Counted from the stretch's first letter, positions 37,256 to 45,663 are shown. The stretch: 64,000 nt of DNA from an uncultured Gammaproteobacteria bacterium (GCA_964404275.1 CAYOJH010000004.1:5172-69171), one strand, 5' to 3'. A program made the numbers and translations. The notes: a model not told the origin generated them from the letters alone.

Positions 37256-37893
37256 GGCTCCCCCTCGCCGTCCCGAAGGATCTTGTGTAGGTATCGGCAG
37301 ATGCGCATGGGGCCCGCGCCGAGGCCGAAGGCCGCGTGCGGAAAGCGCACCTGGATCGCCAGGTCGTCGACGCCGGAATCGTAGAGATCCCAGGTGATGC
37401 CCTGCGGCAGGAATCCGTCGAGCGCCTTGCTCAGGAATTCGTGGTGCGTCTCTTCGATCGGATCGATCATGCCGCGGCGCATCATCACGATCATGACCGG
37501 CGTCGGGTCGAGATCGCTCCAGTCGAGGTCGTGATCCGTCAGGCAGTTCTTGACCGAACCGTGCAGGCAGTCGAAGCCGAGCAGGTAGAGGTCCGCCATG
37601 AACGGCCCGAAGCGCACTTCGCAGCTGAAGAGCGTCACGTCGTATTTCGTGAGCTTGCATTCGTCGAAGACGTAGGCGATCTGGGCGTAGCTCTCCTCGT
37701 CGAAGGCCCGCTCCGCGTCATCGAAGGCGAAGGAAAACGTGGGCGGGTCGGACTTGGGGAAGCGCATCATGGCGCGACCGAGCAGCGTCCGGAGGATCCC
37801 CAGCGCCGTCTCGGTCACCTTGGTCAGGTCGAATTTCGGCCCGTCCGCGATGAGCGTGTCGTCGTCGAGTTCTCGGAGCTTGGTCAGCGTCAC
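37252..37893 (-). CDS. Hypothetical protein
   Basis: AAGGAGG SD with GTG start; DGPKF, DLDPTP and RFPHAAFGLGAGPMRI. Confidence 0.7.
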   Translation of the reverse strand: MTLTKLRELDDDTLIADGPKFDLTKVTETALGILRTLLGRAMMRFPKSDPPTFSFAFDDAERAFDEESYAQIAYVFDECKLTKYDVTLFSCEVRFGPFMADLYLLGFDCLHGSVKNCLTDHDLDWSDLDPTPVMIVMMRRGMIDPIEETHHEFLSKALDGFLPQGITWDLYDSGVDDLAIQVRFPHAAFGLGAGPMRICRYLHKILRDGEGEP

Positions 37894-37992
37894 GGTCTCC
37901 TCCTTGAAAGGAACCGTTTCCAGCTTCCCCTCCGCCGCTTGAAACGTCAAGCGTTCCCAGGTACTTTGTTGAGGTAATAGCCGACGTTCCAC

Positions 37993-40302
37993 ATGTATCT
38001 CCAGCGCATCGAAATGCAGGGTTTCAAGTCGTTCGCCAACCGCACCGTCTTGGAATTCCTTCCACCGAAAGACGGCAACCGCGGCACGACCGCGATCGTC
38101 GGCCCGAATGGCTCGGGCAAGTCCAACATCGCCGACGCGGTCCGCTGGGTGCTCGGCGAGCAATCGCTCAAGCTCCTGCGCGGCAAGAAATCGGAAGACG
38201 TGATCTTCAGCGGCTCGGAAAAGCGCTCGCGCTCCGGCTTCGCCGAAGTCTCCCTCTCGCTGAACAACGAAGCGGGCGGCAACGACATCGAATATCCGGA
38301 AGTCGTGATCACGCGCCGCATCTACCGCGACGGCGAATCGGAATACCTGATCAACAAGAACAAGGTCCGGCTCCAGGAGGTCCTCTTGCTGCTCGCCCGC
38401 GCCAACTTCGGCCAGCGCACCTACTCGGTGATCGGCCAAGGCATGATCGACGCGATCCTGGTCGCCTCGCCGAAAGAGCGTAAAGAATTTTTCGACGAAG
38501 CCGCCGGCGTCAAACAGTATCAGCTCAAGCGCGAATCCGCCGTCCGCAAGCTCGACGCCTCCGAAGAAAATTTGAAACAGGCCGAACTCATCCTCGCCGA
38601 GATCGAACCGCGCATGCGTTCGCTCTCGCGCCAGGTGCGCCGCTTGGAGGAACGCGCCAATCTGGAAAAAGAATTGCAGGAGCTTTCCGTTTTGTATTTC
38701 AGCACGCAGTGGAAGCAGATCAAGCAAGAAATGGCCGCGATCGACGTGAAAACGAAAACGGTTGAAGAGAGCCGCAAAGCCAAGGAAAAGGAGATCGAAG
38801 CCGTGCGCGCCCAGCTCGCGGGGCTCGAAACGGAAGAAACGAAATCCGACGGCCTGATCGCGCTCCAGAAGGAGTACGAAAAGGAAATGGAGAAGCGCAA
38901 CGCGCTGCGCGAAAAAGAGATCCAGCTCAAGAACCAGATCCGGATGGAGCAGATGAAAGCCCAGGCGGCGGGCGCGCCGGCCTTGCCCCTGCCGCTCCCC
39001 CGCATCGTCGAAGAGGTCTCGGCGATTTCCGAGCGCCACGACGAGCTGGTCGCTTCGATCTTGAACGCGGAAACGCTCGAACAGGCGCAGCAGGCCGCGC
39101 AGGAACTCGAAAAGCTCGGCAAGCAGATCAACGAACTGCTTTCGGAACTCAAAGAGCCCGGCCATAAAGACCGGCACCAGAAAAAAGAGCCGTCCGTTCC
39201 GCCCGCGATGCAGAAAGAACTCGAGGAAACGCTCGTCGCCATCGCCTCGATGGGCAAAGCGCTGACCGAGCTCCAAGGCCGGATGCAGCGCTGGGGCCAG
39301 GAAGAATCCAAGAAACGCGGCGCTTTCTTCGAGATCCAGCGCAAGATGCAGGCGCTCCAAAGCGAGCTTTTCGAGCTCGACCGCCATCTCTCCGACCACC
39401 GCGTCGAGCGCGCCCGCATCGAAACGCGCCGCGAAACCGTCGAACGCGAAGCCAAGGAAATGATGGGCGAGGCCGCCATGGCCGCGCTGTCGGCCGAACC
39501 GAAAGAGAAGGTCGACGCGCTCGCGCTCTCTCCCCGCCTCCACCAGCTGCGCACGCAAGTCGCCGCGATCGGCTCGATCGACCAAGCCGTCGTCAACGAA
39601 TACAAGGAGATCAAGGAACGCTTCGATTTCCTCTCGAACCAGGTCGAGGATCTGCACAAGACGAAGACTTCGCTCGTGCAGATGATCGAAGAACTCGACG
39701 GGCTGATCAAGAAGCAATCGGACGTCTCCTTCCGCCGCATCAACCAGCACTTCGGAGAATTCTTCAAGCAGCTGTTCGACGGCGGCAGCGCTTCGCTCCA
39801 GAAGATCGAGCGCGAAGAGGAAGAAGACGAAGCCGCCGAAGCGGAAAAGGCCGCGGCCAATGAAGCCGCCGGCATCGAGGAAGAAGAAAAGAAAGAAGAC
39901 GTTTCCGCCGCGCCGAAAGAAACCTGGCTCGGACTCGAAATCTTCGCGAATCCTCCGGGCAAGCGCGTGAAGTCGATTCACACGCTCTCGGGCGGCGAGC
40001 GCGCCATGACCTCGATCGCGCTCATCTGCGCCATCATGACGACCAACCCGTCGCCCTTCGTGGTCCTCGACGAAGTCGACGCCGCCCTCGACGAATCCAA
40101 CGCCTCGCGCTTCGCCAAAATCATCGACGAACTCTCCCACAAGACGCAGTTCCTGGTGATCACGCACAACCGCTACACGATGCAGAAGTCGCAAGTCCTC
40201 TACGGCGTGACGATGGGCGAAGATTCCACCTCCAGCATCCTCTCGCTCCAGCTCGAAGACGCGGAAAACCTGAAAGGCAACACGAAAAAAATCGCGGTAT
40301 AA
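37993..40302 (+). CDS. smc: Short SMC-family chromosome segregation ATPase (769 aa)
   Basis: GFKSF; GPNGSGKSN; LRG...EDVIF; IGQG Q-loop; LSGGE; LDEVDAALD; ITHN. Confidence 0.88.
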   Translation: MYLQRIEMQGFKSFANRTVLEFLPPKDGNRGTTAIVGPNGSGKSNIADAVRWVLGEQSLKLLRGKKSEDVIFSGSEKRSRSGFAEVSLSLNNEAGGNDIEYPEVVITRRIYRDGESEYLINKNKVRLQEVLLLLARANFGQRTYSVIGQGMIDAILVASPKERKEFFDEAAGVKQYQLKRESAVRKLDASEENLKQAELILAEIEPRMRSLSRQVRRLEERANLEKELQELSVLYFSTQWKQIKQEMAAIDVKTKTVEESRKAKEKEIEAVRAQLAGLETEETKSDGLIALQKEYEKEMEKRNALREKEIQLKNQIRMEQMKAQAAGAPALPLPLPRIVEEVSAISERHDELVASILNAETLEQAQQAAQELEKLGKQINELLSELKEPGHKDRHQKKEPSVPPAMQKELEETLVAIASMGKALTELQGRMQRWGQEESKKRGAFFEIQRKMQALQSELFELDRHLSDHRVERARIETRRETVEREAKEMMGEAAMAALSAEPKEKVDALALSPRLHQLRTQVAAIGSIDQAVVNEYKEIKERFDFLSNQVEDLHKTKTSLVQMIEELDGLIKKQSDVSFRRINQHFGEFFKQLFDGGSASLQKIEREEEEDEAAEAEKAAANEAAGIEEEEKKEDVSAAPKETWLGLEIFANPPGKRVKSIHTLSGGERAMTSIALICAIMTTNPSPFVVLDEVDAALDESNASRFAKIIDELSHKTQFLVITHNRYTMQKSQVLYGVTMGEDSTSSILSLQLEDAENLKGNTKKIAV

Positions 40303-40358
40303 AAAGAGACGGCCCTACGGGGGTCGTCTTTTCGTTTCATGTCTTGGTCAAAAACACG

Positions 40359-40394
40359 TGACGTAAATTCTGACGGCCGTCAGTTTTTGCGTCA
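40359..40394. repeat. Family A palindrome supplying the stop codon of the Cas2-like gene
   Basis: tgacgtaaattctgacggccgtcagtttttgcgtca. Confidence 0.88.
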
Positions 40395-40940
40395 GGGTTC
40401 CCGGATCGAAAAAATCCGAATCCAGCCATCGAGCTTCGATCGACGGGTCCAGAGATGGAGTTTCTCGGCGATGCATTTGTCGGATATCCAGACGCTTCCC
40501 TGAAGGCGGCGGCAACCGATCGCGCGCAGCAAATCGCGGAAGGCGGCGCGGACATGCCGTTGCGACTCCGGAATGTCGAAAGCGACCAGCGTGCGGAAAC
40601 CGTCCGTCCGAAGGGGCGAGGTCTTCAGTGCGTGTCGCAAGCGCGCCGCTTCTCCTTGCGCCGTGCACACCAAAAGCAGCCGACCGCCGCGCCGTCTGGC
40701 CTCCAAAAGGCCTCTTCGCTTCAGATCGCGGATGCGACGCCGTAGCTTGCGGAAACGTTCTTCCTCGGCAATCCGCCGCAATCCCTCCATCCCTTGCGAA
40801 ATGGCGACTCTGGGATATCGCCGCGTGCCATAGAGGAACAGCTTTCCGTCCGAGGCCGCCTGCAGCAAAGCCCCGGTCAGCCATTTGGCGACGGGGCGCG
40901 AATTCTGACGGCCGTCAGTTTTTGCGTCACGGGCGCGCAT
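40392..40940 (-). CDS. PaaX-like protein: wHTH-like N-terminus plus a Cas2-like ferredoxin-fold domain
   Basis: LKRRGLL...CTAQG wing-like segment; LVAFDIPE..R..R..FR..L...G...LQGSVW. Confidence 0.8.
   Translation of the reverse strand: MRARDAKTDGRQNSRPVAKWLTGALLQAASDGKLFLYGTRRYPRVAISQGMEGLRRIAEEERFRKLRRRIRDLKRRGLLEARRRGGRLLLVCTAQGEAARLRHALKTSPLRTDGFRTLVAFDIPESQRHVRAAFRDLLRAIGCRRLQGSVWISDKCIAEKLHLWTRRSKLDGWIRIFSIREP
40894..40929. repeat. Family A palindrome inside the 5' end of the Cas2-like gene
   Basis: gggcgcgaattctgacggccgtcagtttttgcgtca; encodes [11 protein letters not shown] on the minus strand. Confidence 0.88.
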
Positions 40941-40992
40941 ATGCCACCGCCTACGCGAAGTCGTGCTTCGCTGTCAATAAAAAACGACGACC

Positions 40993-41727
40993 TCAAGGGG
41001 TCGTCTTTTCGTTCTGAGATTCGAGCGGGGTGCCGCGGAAGGGATCGAGGTCCGTGCGCGGATAGAGTTCCGCATGCAAACGGTTCATCTCGTCGGCGAT
41101 CTTCACCGTCAGAGGTTGAAGGCGAGCGTACTGCTCGCTCAGCATCCGCCAGCGGATTTCCTTCAGCTTGCGGCTGTCGTTAGCAAACGCCTCCAGCAAC
41201 ATGTCAAAACGTCTCAGCTGATGAGGCATCATACTGCAGTTGCTGGGGAACTTTCTTGTCAGAGAGTCCTCGCCCTCGTATTCCAAGCCACATGCTTCGC
41301 AATAGACGCCGACCTTCGCTCGCTCGACCAGCCCCATGTCTCTCGCGGTGCCGGGCGGAGTCTTGTGCAGGATCTGATCGATCTTGACGAGGCGACCACT
41401 GCAGTAGTGGCAGCTGTGGCCGAAGCTGAAATCGGCCAGGAAACATCCGAGCAGCTGCGGATCGATCTCGCGTTTCGGATCGGCGTTGTACTCGCGGCCG
41501 TCTTTCTCCACGAAGGTCCAGTCGCCCATCCGATCTTCGTGCTGAACGATCAGGATGCCGGCGAGCTCGTAGAGCGACGGGGTGCGCGAGGGCGGTTCCG
41601 GAGCCGGCGTTGCCGACGGTACCGGTGCGGGCAGGATCTGCCGGTCGGTTTCCCGTTTCCGGGAGATGATGACCGTGAAACCGATGAGGAAGAGGATGAA
41701 CAGAAAGACGCCGGTGACGGGATCCAT
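40993..41727 (-). CDS. Membrane-anchored hypothetical protein with a putative Zn ribbon
   Basis: AAGGAG SD; N-terminal TM; CHYC and CEAC pairs. Confidence 0.7.
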   Translation of the reverse strand: MDPVTGVFLFILFLIGFTVIISRKRETDRQILPAPVPSATPAPEPPSRTPSLYELAGILIVQHEDRMGDWTFVEKDGREYNADPKREIDPQLLGCFLADFSFGHSCHYCSGRLVKIDQILHKTPPGTARDMGLVERAKVGVYCEACGLEYEGEDSLTRKFPSNCSMMPHQLRRFDMLLEAFANDSRKLKEIRWRMLSEQYARLQPLTVKIADEMNRLHAELYPRTDLDPFRGTPLESQNEKTTP

Positions 41728-41728
41728 C

Positions 41729-41875
41729 TCACGACTCCTTGTCGTTCCGAGGTTTCTTGTCGTCTTCCGAACGCGGGCGGCGATCGCTGCGCGCGACGAC
41801 GACGAGCAGGCCGATGATGAGGGCGAAGCCGACGAGGATGCCGATCGAGATTTGCACGATCGCGTCCTCGTTCAT
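41729..41875 (-). CDS. Small single-TM protein
   Basis: MNEDAIVQISIGILVGFALIIGLLVVV; ATGA coupling with the upstream gene. Confidence 0.5.
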   Translation of the reverse strand: MNEDAIVQISIGILVGFALIIGLLVVVARSDRRPRSEDDKKPRNDKES

Positions 41876-42153
41876 CGCGCTCTCCGTTTCGTGAGCTCGA
41901 CCTGGCCTTCGCGACGCCATGCCTCTTCGAGGCGCGCGTGCTCGTACCGTTGCTTCGAAGCTTCCATCTCGGCGCGGCACGCTTCGATGGCGGGATGATC
42001 GGGCCTACCCAGCGTGATCGACGGCACGTCCGTGAAGCGCTTCTGCCGCTCTTTTTCCCGGCGCTTCCGCGCGCGGGCGCGGTGCCTGAGGATCAAGGCG
42101 AGACCGAAAAGGGCCAGAGCCGCAAAAACCGTGCTGAAGATGAAAAGATCCAT
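41872..42153 (-). CDS. Small membrane-anchored protein
   Basis: MDLFIFSTVFAALALFGLALIL; upstream TTGACA...TATATC. Confidence 0.55.
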   Translation of the reverse strand: MDLFIFSTVFAALALFGLALILRHRARARKRREKERQKRFTDVPSITLGRPDHPAIEACRAEMEASKQRYEHARLEEAWRREGQVELTKRRAR

Positions 42154-42261
42154 GAGGCCGATATACGCCACCTTGACGCTTTTGTCAATCTCCTTTATAG
42201 TGGCCCCGTTCGCGCTGCAGAACCGCGGGAAGCTCTCACCTCGCGCTTCTACACATACGTA

Positions 42262-42289
42262 ATGGATCCCTGCGTTCGCAGGGATGACA
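42262..42289. repeat. Family C REP-like unit upstream of rpsP
   Basis: atggatccctgcgttcgcagggatgaca. Confidence 0.75.
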
Positions 42290-42294
42290 AAAAA

Positions 42295-42588
42295 ATGTTG
42301 TCCATCCGCCTGTCCCGCGTCGGCAAGAAGAAGATGCCGTCCTACCGCCTGATCGTCACCGAAAAGACCCGCGACCCGTGGGGCAAGGTGCTCGAACAGC
42401 TCGGCACGTACGACCCGCTCTCCAAGCCGCGCAAGACCGAATTCAACTTCGATCGCATCAACTACTGGATGTCCAAGGGCGCGCAGCCCTCGGCCACCGT
42501 CCGCAACATGCTCATCGATCTCAAAGCGATCGAGGGCGAAAAAGTGAAGGCGCATCCGACCCACAAGGCGAGCGCCGAAGAAAAATAA
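42295..42588 (+). CDS. rpsP: 30S ribosomal protein S16
   Basis: MLSIRLSRVGKKKMPSYRLIV...LGTYDP...YWMSKGAQPSATV. Confidence 0.97.
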   Translation: MLSIRLSRVGKKKMPSYRLIVTEKTRDPWGKVLEQLGTYDPLSKPRKTEFNFDRINYWMSKGAQPSATVRNMLIDLKAIEGEKVKAHPTHKASAEEK

Positions 42589-42656
42589 CGATGAGCCCTC
42601 GCCAACGGCGGGGGTTTTCGTTTAAGGTGTGGGGGTTCTTTCAAAGGAGACGACCG

Positions 42657-43256
42657 ATGACCTTCAAGCCCCTGCAGATGCTGTATGCCGGCGACGTGCC
42701 GAAGGCGGGCGGCGAAGAGCTCATCGCCTACCGAAACGACGTCCGTGCGCTCCGCAACAACGTCTATCTCTTCGCCGGAATTTTCGTCCTTTTCCTGGGC
42801 TGCATGCTCGTCTTTCCGTTGCCGGATGTCCTCGCGTTCATCTACGGCTGCGCGGCGACCGCGGCGGGCATCAAGGGCGCCGCCGATTTCACGACTTTGT
42901 CGCGCCGCAACGTCTATCGCGCGCTGCCCGATGGCGCGACGATCGCGACGGCGCAGCTCGAAAACGCGACGGCGAAAGCGGTGCGCGTCTGGGACACGGA
43001 TGCGTCAGATTGGAATCGCCGCGCAAGCGACTGGAACGCGCGCCTCGAACATTGGACGCGTCTCCAGCGATCTCCCGGCGAAGAAGATTTCGAATGGGAC
43101 GCGGAGGGCATCGACATGCGCGGGCGCTCGCTCGTTCACGAACGCGAATCCTTGACGCTCGAGCGTCAGGAACTGCTTCGCGCGCGGCAAGAACTCGAAG
43201 CGCAGCTCGAAGAGCTCGCCTCGGCGCTGCCCATCCCCGACCCCGTCGAAGACTGA
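42657..43256 (+). CDS. Hypothetical 2-TM protein with a coiled-coil C-terminus
   Basis: AAAGGAG SD; two TMs. Confidence 0.7.
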   Translation: MTFKPLQMLYAGDVPKAGGEELIAYRNDVRALRNNVYLFAGIFVLFLGCMLVFPLPDVLAFIYGCAATAAGIKGAADFTTLSRRNVYRALPDGATIATAQLENATAKAVRVWDTDASDWNRRASDWNARLEHWTRLQRSPGEEDFEWDAEGIDMRGRSLVHERESLTLERQELLRARQELEAQLEELASALPIPDPVED

Positions 43257-43329
43257 CGGGGTCTTTTCATACCGTTGACAAAACCGCCGGAATCGGCTTC
43301 ACTGCCTGCACCCCTCCAAGGAGGTTCCC

Positions 43330-43887
43330 GTGGAATCCAAGGCTCTTTCCAGGCTTCCCAAGCTCCAGGCCCTTTCGACCAAGAACGTCCCGTTCCGCAA
43401 ACAGGCGCAATTGCATTGCCTGAAACGCGACCGGCGCGCGGCGATCGAGCGGTCGCGCACGTCCAGCGTCGCTGCCGTCAGCGGCATCATGGTGACAGGC
43501 TTCTTATGCCGGCTGCTGTTCCAGTGGGGCAGCGTACCGATCTTTTTCGGCGCGCTGCTGCTGCTCGGCATCAGCGTTTTGCTTCTCGCCATCCTCACGG
43601 GCATGGCGCTGAAGTCCTGCTGGCGGGACGCGCGCGCATTCATGCGCATCAAGATCCCGCCGCGGCTCGTGGCCGAGGCGGAAGACGAGCGCGCGCTCTC
43701 GCAAGCGGTCTGGACGCTGAACGCCCACATCATGAGCTGGAACGAGGCGGTGGCATTCGCCGAACGCGAAGACGTCGAGCCGAGCATTCTCGCCAACCTG
43801 AAGGTGCAGCGCGGCGTGCTCGAAGCCAAGCGCAAAAAAGCGCAGGCGATCCTCGAAGCCCCGAAGCCTCTCGGCACGGACCCTTGA
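43330..43887 (+). CDS. Hypothetical 2-TM protein with a coiled-coil C-terminus
   Basis: TTGACA at 43275; AAGGAGG SD; same architecture as the previous gene. Confidence 0.7.
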   Translation: MESKALSRLPKLQALSTKNVPFRKQAQLHCLKRDRRAAIERSRTSSVAAVSGIMVTGFLCRLLFQWGSVPIFFGALLLLGISVLLLAILTGMALKSCWRDARAFMRIKIPPRLVAEAEDERALSQAVWTLNAHIMSWNEAVAFAEREDVEPSILANLKVQRGVLEAKRKKAQAILEAPKPLGTDP

Positions 43888-44015
43888 ACGGGCCTGCCCC
43901 GTAAGCGCAACGCGCTTTACGGGGTTTTTTTCTTTTGTTATGCTGAAAACGGAGACTGATGGAGGTCGGCAGTCGCCAACTGAACCTGTTAATCACCGCG
44001 TAGAGTAGAGAAGAT

Positions 44016-44348
44016 ATGGCAAGAGAAACGGACCAGGAGTTCGTGGAGTACATCGTCAAAGGCATCGTCGGGCATCCCGAGGACGTCGAAACGGAACGCA
44101 CGATCGACGAGCGCGGCGTGCTCATCACGCTCAAGGTCAACCCGGCGGACATGGGCTACGTCATCGGCCGCCAAGGCCAGACGGCGCGCTCGATCCGCAC
44201 GCTGCTCAAAATCGTCGGCGCGAAGAACAACGCGCGCGTCAATCTGAAGATCTACGAGCCGGAAGGTTCCCGCCGCGCCCGCGGCCTGGAAACCGGCACC
44301 ATCGCCCGCGAGGACATCGACACCTCCGCCGTCGACCTCCAACTGTAA
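44016..44348 (+). CDS. khpA: KH domain RNA-binding protein KhpA
   Basis: DMGYVIGRQGQTARSIRTLL; near rpsP. Confidence 0.88.
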   Translation: MARETDQEFVEYIVKGIVGHPEDVETERTIDERGVLITLKVNPADMGYVIGRQGQTARSIRTLLKIVGAKNNARVNLKIYEPEGSRRARGLETGTIAREDIDTSAVDLQL

Positions 44349-44355
44349 GAAAAAG

Positions 44356-44380
44356 ACCCTGCACCATTATGGTGCAGGGT
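44356..44380. repeat. Family B palindrome acting as terminator
   Basis: accctgcaccattatggtgcagggt flanked by A and T tracts. Confidence 0.75.
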
Positions 44381-44386
44381 TTTCGT

Positions 44387-45556
44387 TTACTTTCGATTAA
44401 AGCGGACCGTGATGGCGTCGTGATCCGACAGGTTGGTCGTGACCGTGTTGCCTTGCAGGTCCGTCAGCGTGACGGGCTGATCCATCGCCCGCGCGGCGCA
44501 GACCGGCGCGAACGCGTCATTGCCGCGCGTCAGCACGTGATCGATCAGGTACCGGCCGGTCGTCGGCGAGATCAGGTTGTCGTCGCAGCGGCTGCAGGTC
44601 GGCGGTACGGTCTCCGCCGCCGGGCTCGTGAAGCCTTGCGCGGCGATCTCGTTCCAAACCTCCTGGCCGTCCGGCACCATATCGCCGGTATACTTCGGCC
44701 CGTTGTTGAGGTCGCCCAGAAAGAACTGCGGACCTCCGCGCGCCCGTTCAGCCAGGCGCTTGGAGATGAGATCGATCTGGGTTTTCATCTCGTCGTACCA
44801 GGTCGGGAACTGATGGTTGCTGGGCGGGATGATGTCGACGTTGCCGGTCAGGTGCGTGCAGGCGACTTCGACGGGCGTGCCGTGCACGTCGACCGTGGCG
44901 AACAGGCCGACGCGGTTGGCGTCGCTCGACGGCAGCGGGATCCACTCGGCGTTGCTGATCGGCAAGCGCGAAGCGAGGATGACGCCGTTGCGTCCACCGT
45001 ACATGCGCGAAGCGCCGGCGCCGTTGCAGGTCTGCGCGATCGCGTTTGCGCTCAGTCCGGCCGAGGCGATCACGCACTGGAAGCAGTGCGGAGCGTTGAC
45101 GTAGAGCTCGAAGCCTTCGGTCTGGCACTGGTCCTTGGCGCACATCGTCACGTCTTCGTCGGGCACGCCGCCGCATTTGCTGCGCATGCACGCGAGCCCG
45201 TTATCGAGCTCGCCGGACAGGCAGCGGTCGGCCGGATCTTCGTTCTGGCCGCGCGTGTCGCCCGTCACGATCTGATCCGCCGGCAGGTTGAGCGCCGCCA
45301 GGACCGCGTCGTGATCGACATCGAGCCAGGTCTCGTCGAGACACAGGATGTCCCACGGCGCGGCCGCGACCGCCTGAGCGACGAGCGGAATGCGCGGCGT
45401 GGGATACTTCACGTCCAGTCCCGGACCGAGGCCCGTGTTGAAGGTGAGCGCGGTCAACGCCGCGGCAGGCGGATTCGCCGGGCAGACCGGGATCGTGACC
45501 GGATCCGACGAGCAGGCCCAGAAAACAGGGAGAAAAAAGAGCAACCGGGTTCGCAT
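44387..45556 (-). CDS. Endonuclease/exonuclease/phosphatase family lipoprotein
   Basis: FWAC lipobox; TFN; DILCLDE; CTHL; GDLN; IDHV; SDH; Cys-rich insert. Confidence 0.85.
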   Translation of the reverse strand: MRTRLLFFLPVFWACSSDPVTIPVCPANPPAAALTALTFNTGLGPGLDVKYPTPRIPLVAQAVAAAPWDILCLDETWLDVDHDAVLAALNLPADQIVTGDTRGQNEDPADRCLSGELDNGLACMRSKCGGVPDEDVTMCAKDQCQTEGFELYVNAPHCFQCVIASAGLSANAIAQTCNGAGASRMYGGRNGVILASRLPISNAEWIPLPSSDANRVGLFATVDVHGTPVEVACTHLTGNVDIIPPSNHQFPTWYDEMKTQIDLISKRLAERARGGPQFFLGDLNNGPKYTGDMVPDGQEVWNEIAAQGFTSPAAETVPPTCSRCDDNLISPTTGRYLIDHVLTRGNDAFAPVCAARAMDQPVTLTDLQGNTVTTNLSDHDAITVRFNRK

Positions 45557-45620
45557 ACATCCCCCTTTTGCATCGAAAACATGCGGGTAATGCTCATTGT
45601 ACCTGCCGCGCTACCTGGGG

Positions 45621-45663
45621 TAAAAGTATCAGGTACTTGAATAAAAGTGTCAGGCACTTGACA
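45621..45663. promoter_or_regulatory. Tandem 21-bp-period palindromic repeats between divergent genes
   Basis: taaaagtatcaggtacttga and taaaagtgtcaggcacttga; the second runs into TTGACA at 45658. Confidence 0.5.

Larger units (their letters stand above)
40320..41013 (-). mobile_element. Putative palindrome-flanked PaaX/Cas2-like cassette
   Basis: 17-bp direct repeat ggggtcgtcttttcgtt at 40320-40336 and 40997-41013; family A palindromes at 40359-40394 and 40894-40929. Confidence 0.5.

Noticed and set aside
37894-40194. Long antisense ORFs (980 aa here; also 25975-28530, 5412-7220, 1748-3046, 61158-62471)
   Set aside because: These are shadow frames of high-GC genes on the opposite strand and have no motifs. 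Only 37252-37893 of the 980-aa ORF is kept as a gene.
40359-40929. CRISPR array or CRISPR-Cas locus suggested by 36-bp repeats and a Cas2-like gene
   Set aside because: There are only two local copies, about 500 bp apart, enclosing a gene. There are no spacer-sized intervals and no cas1 or effector genes in the window.
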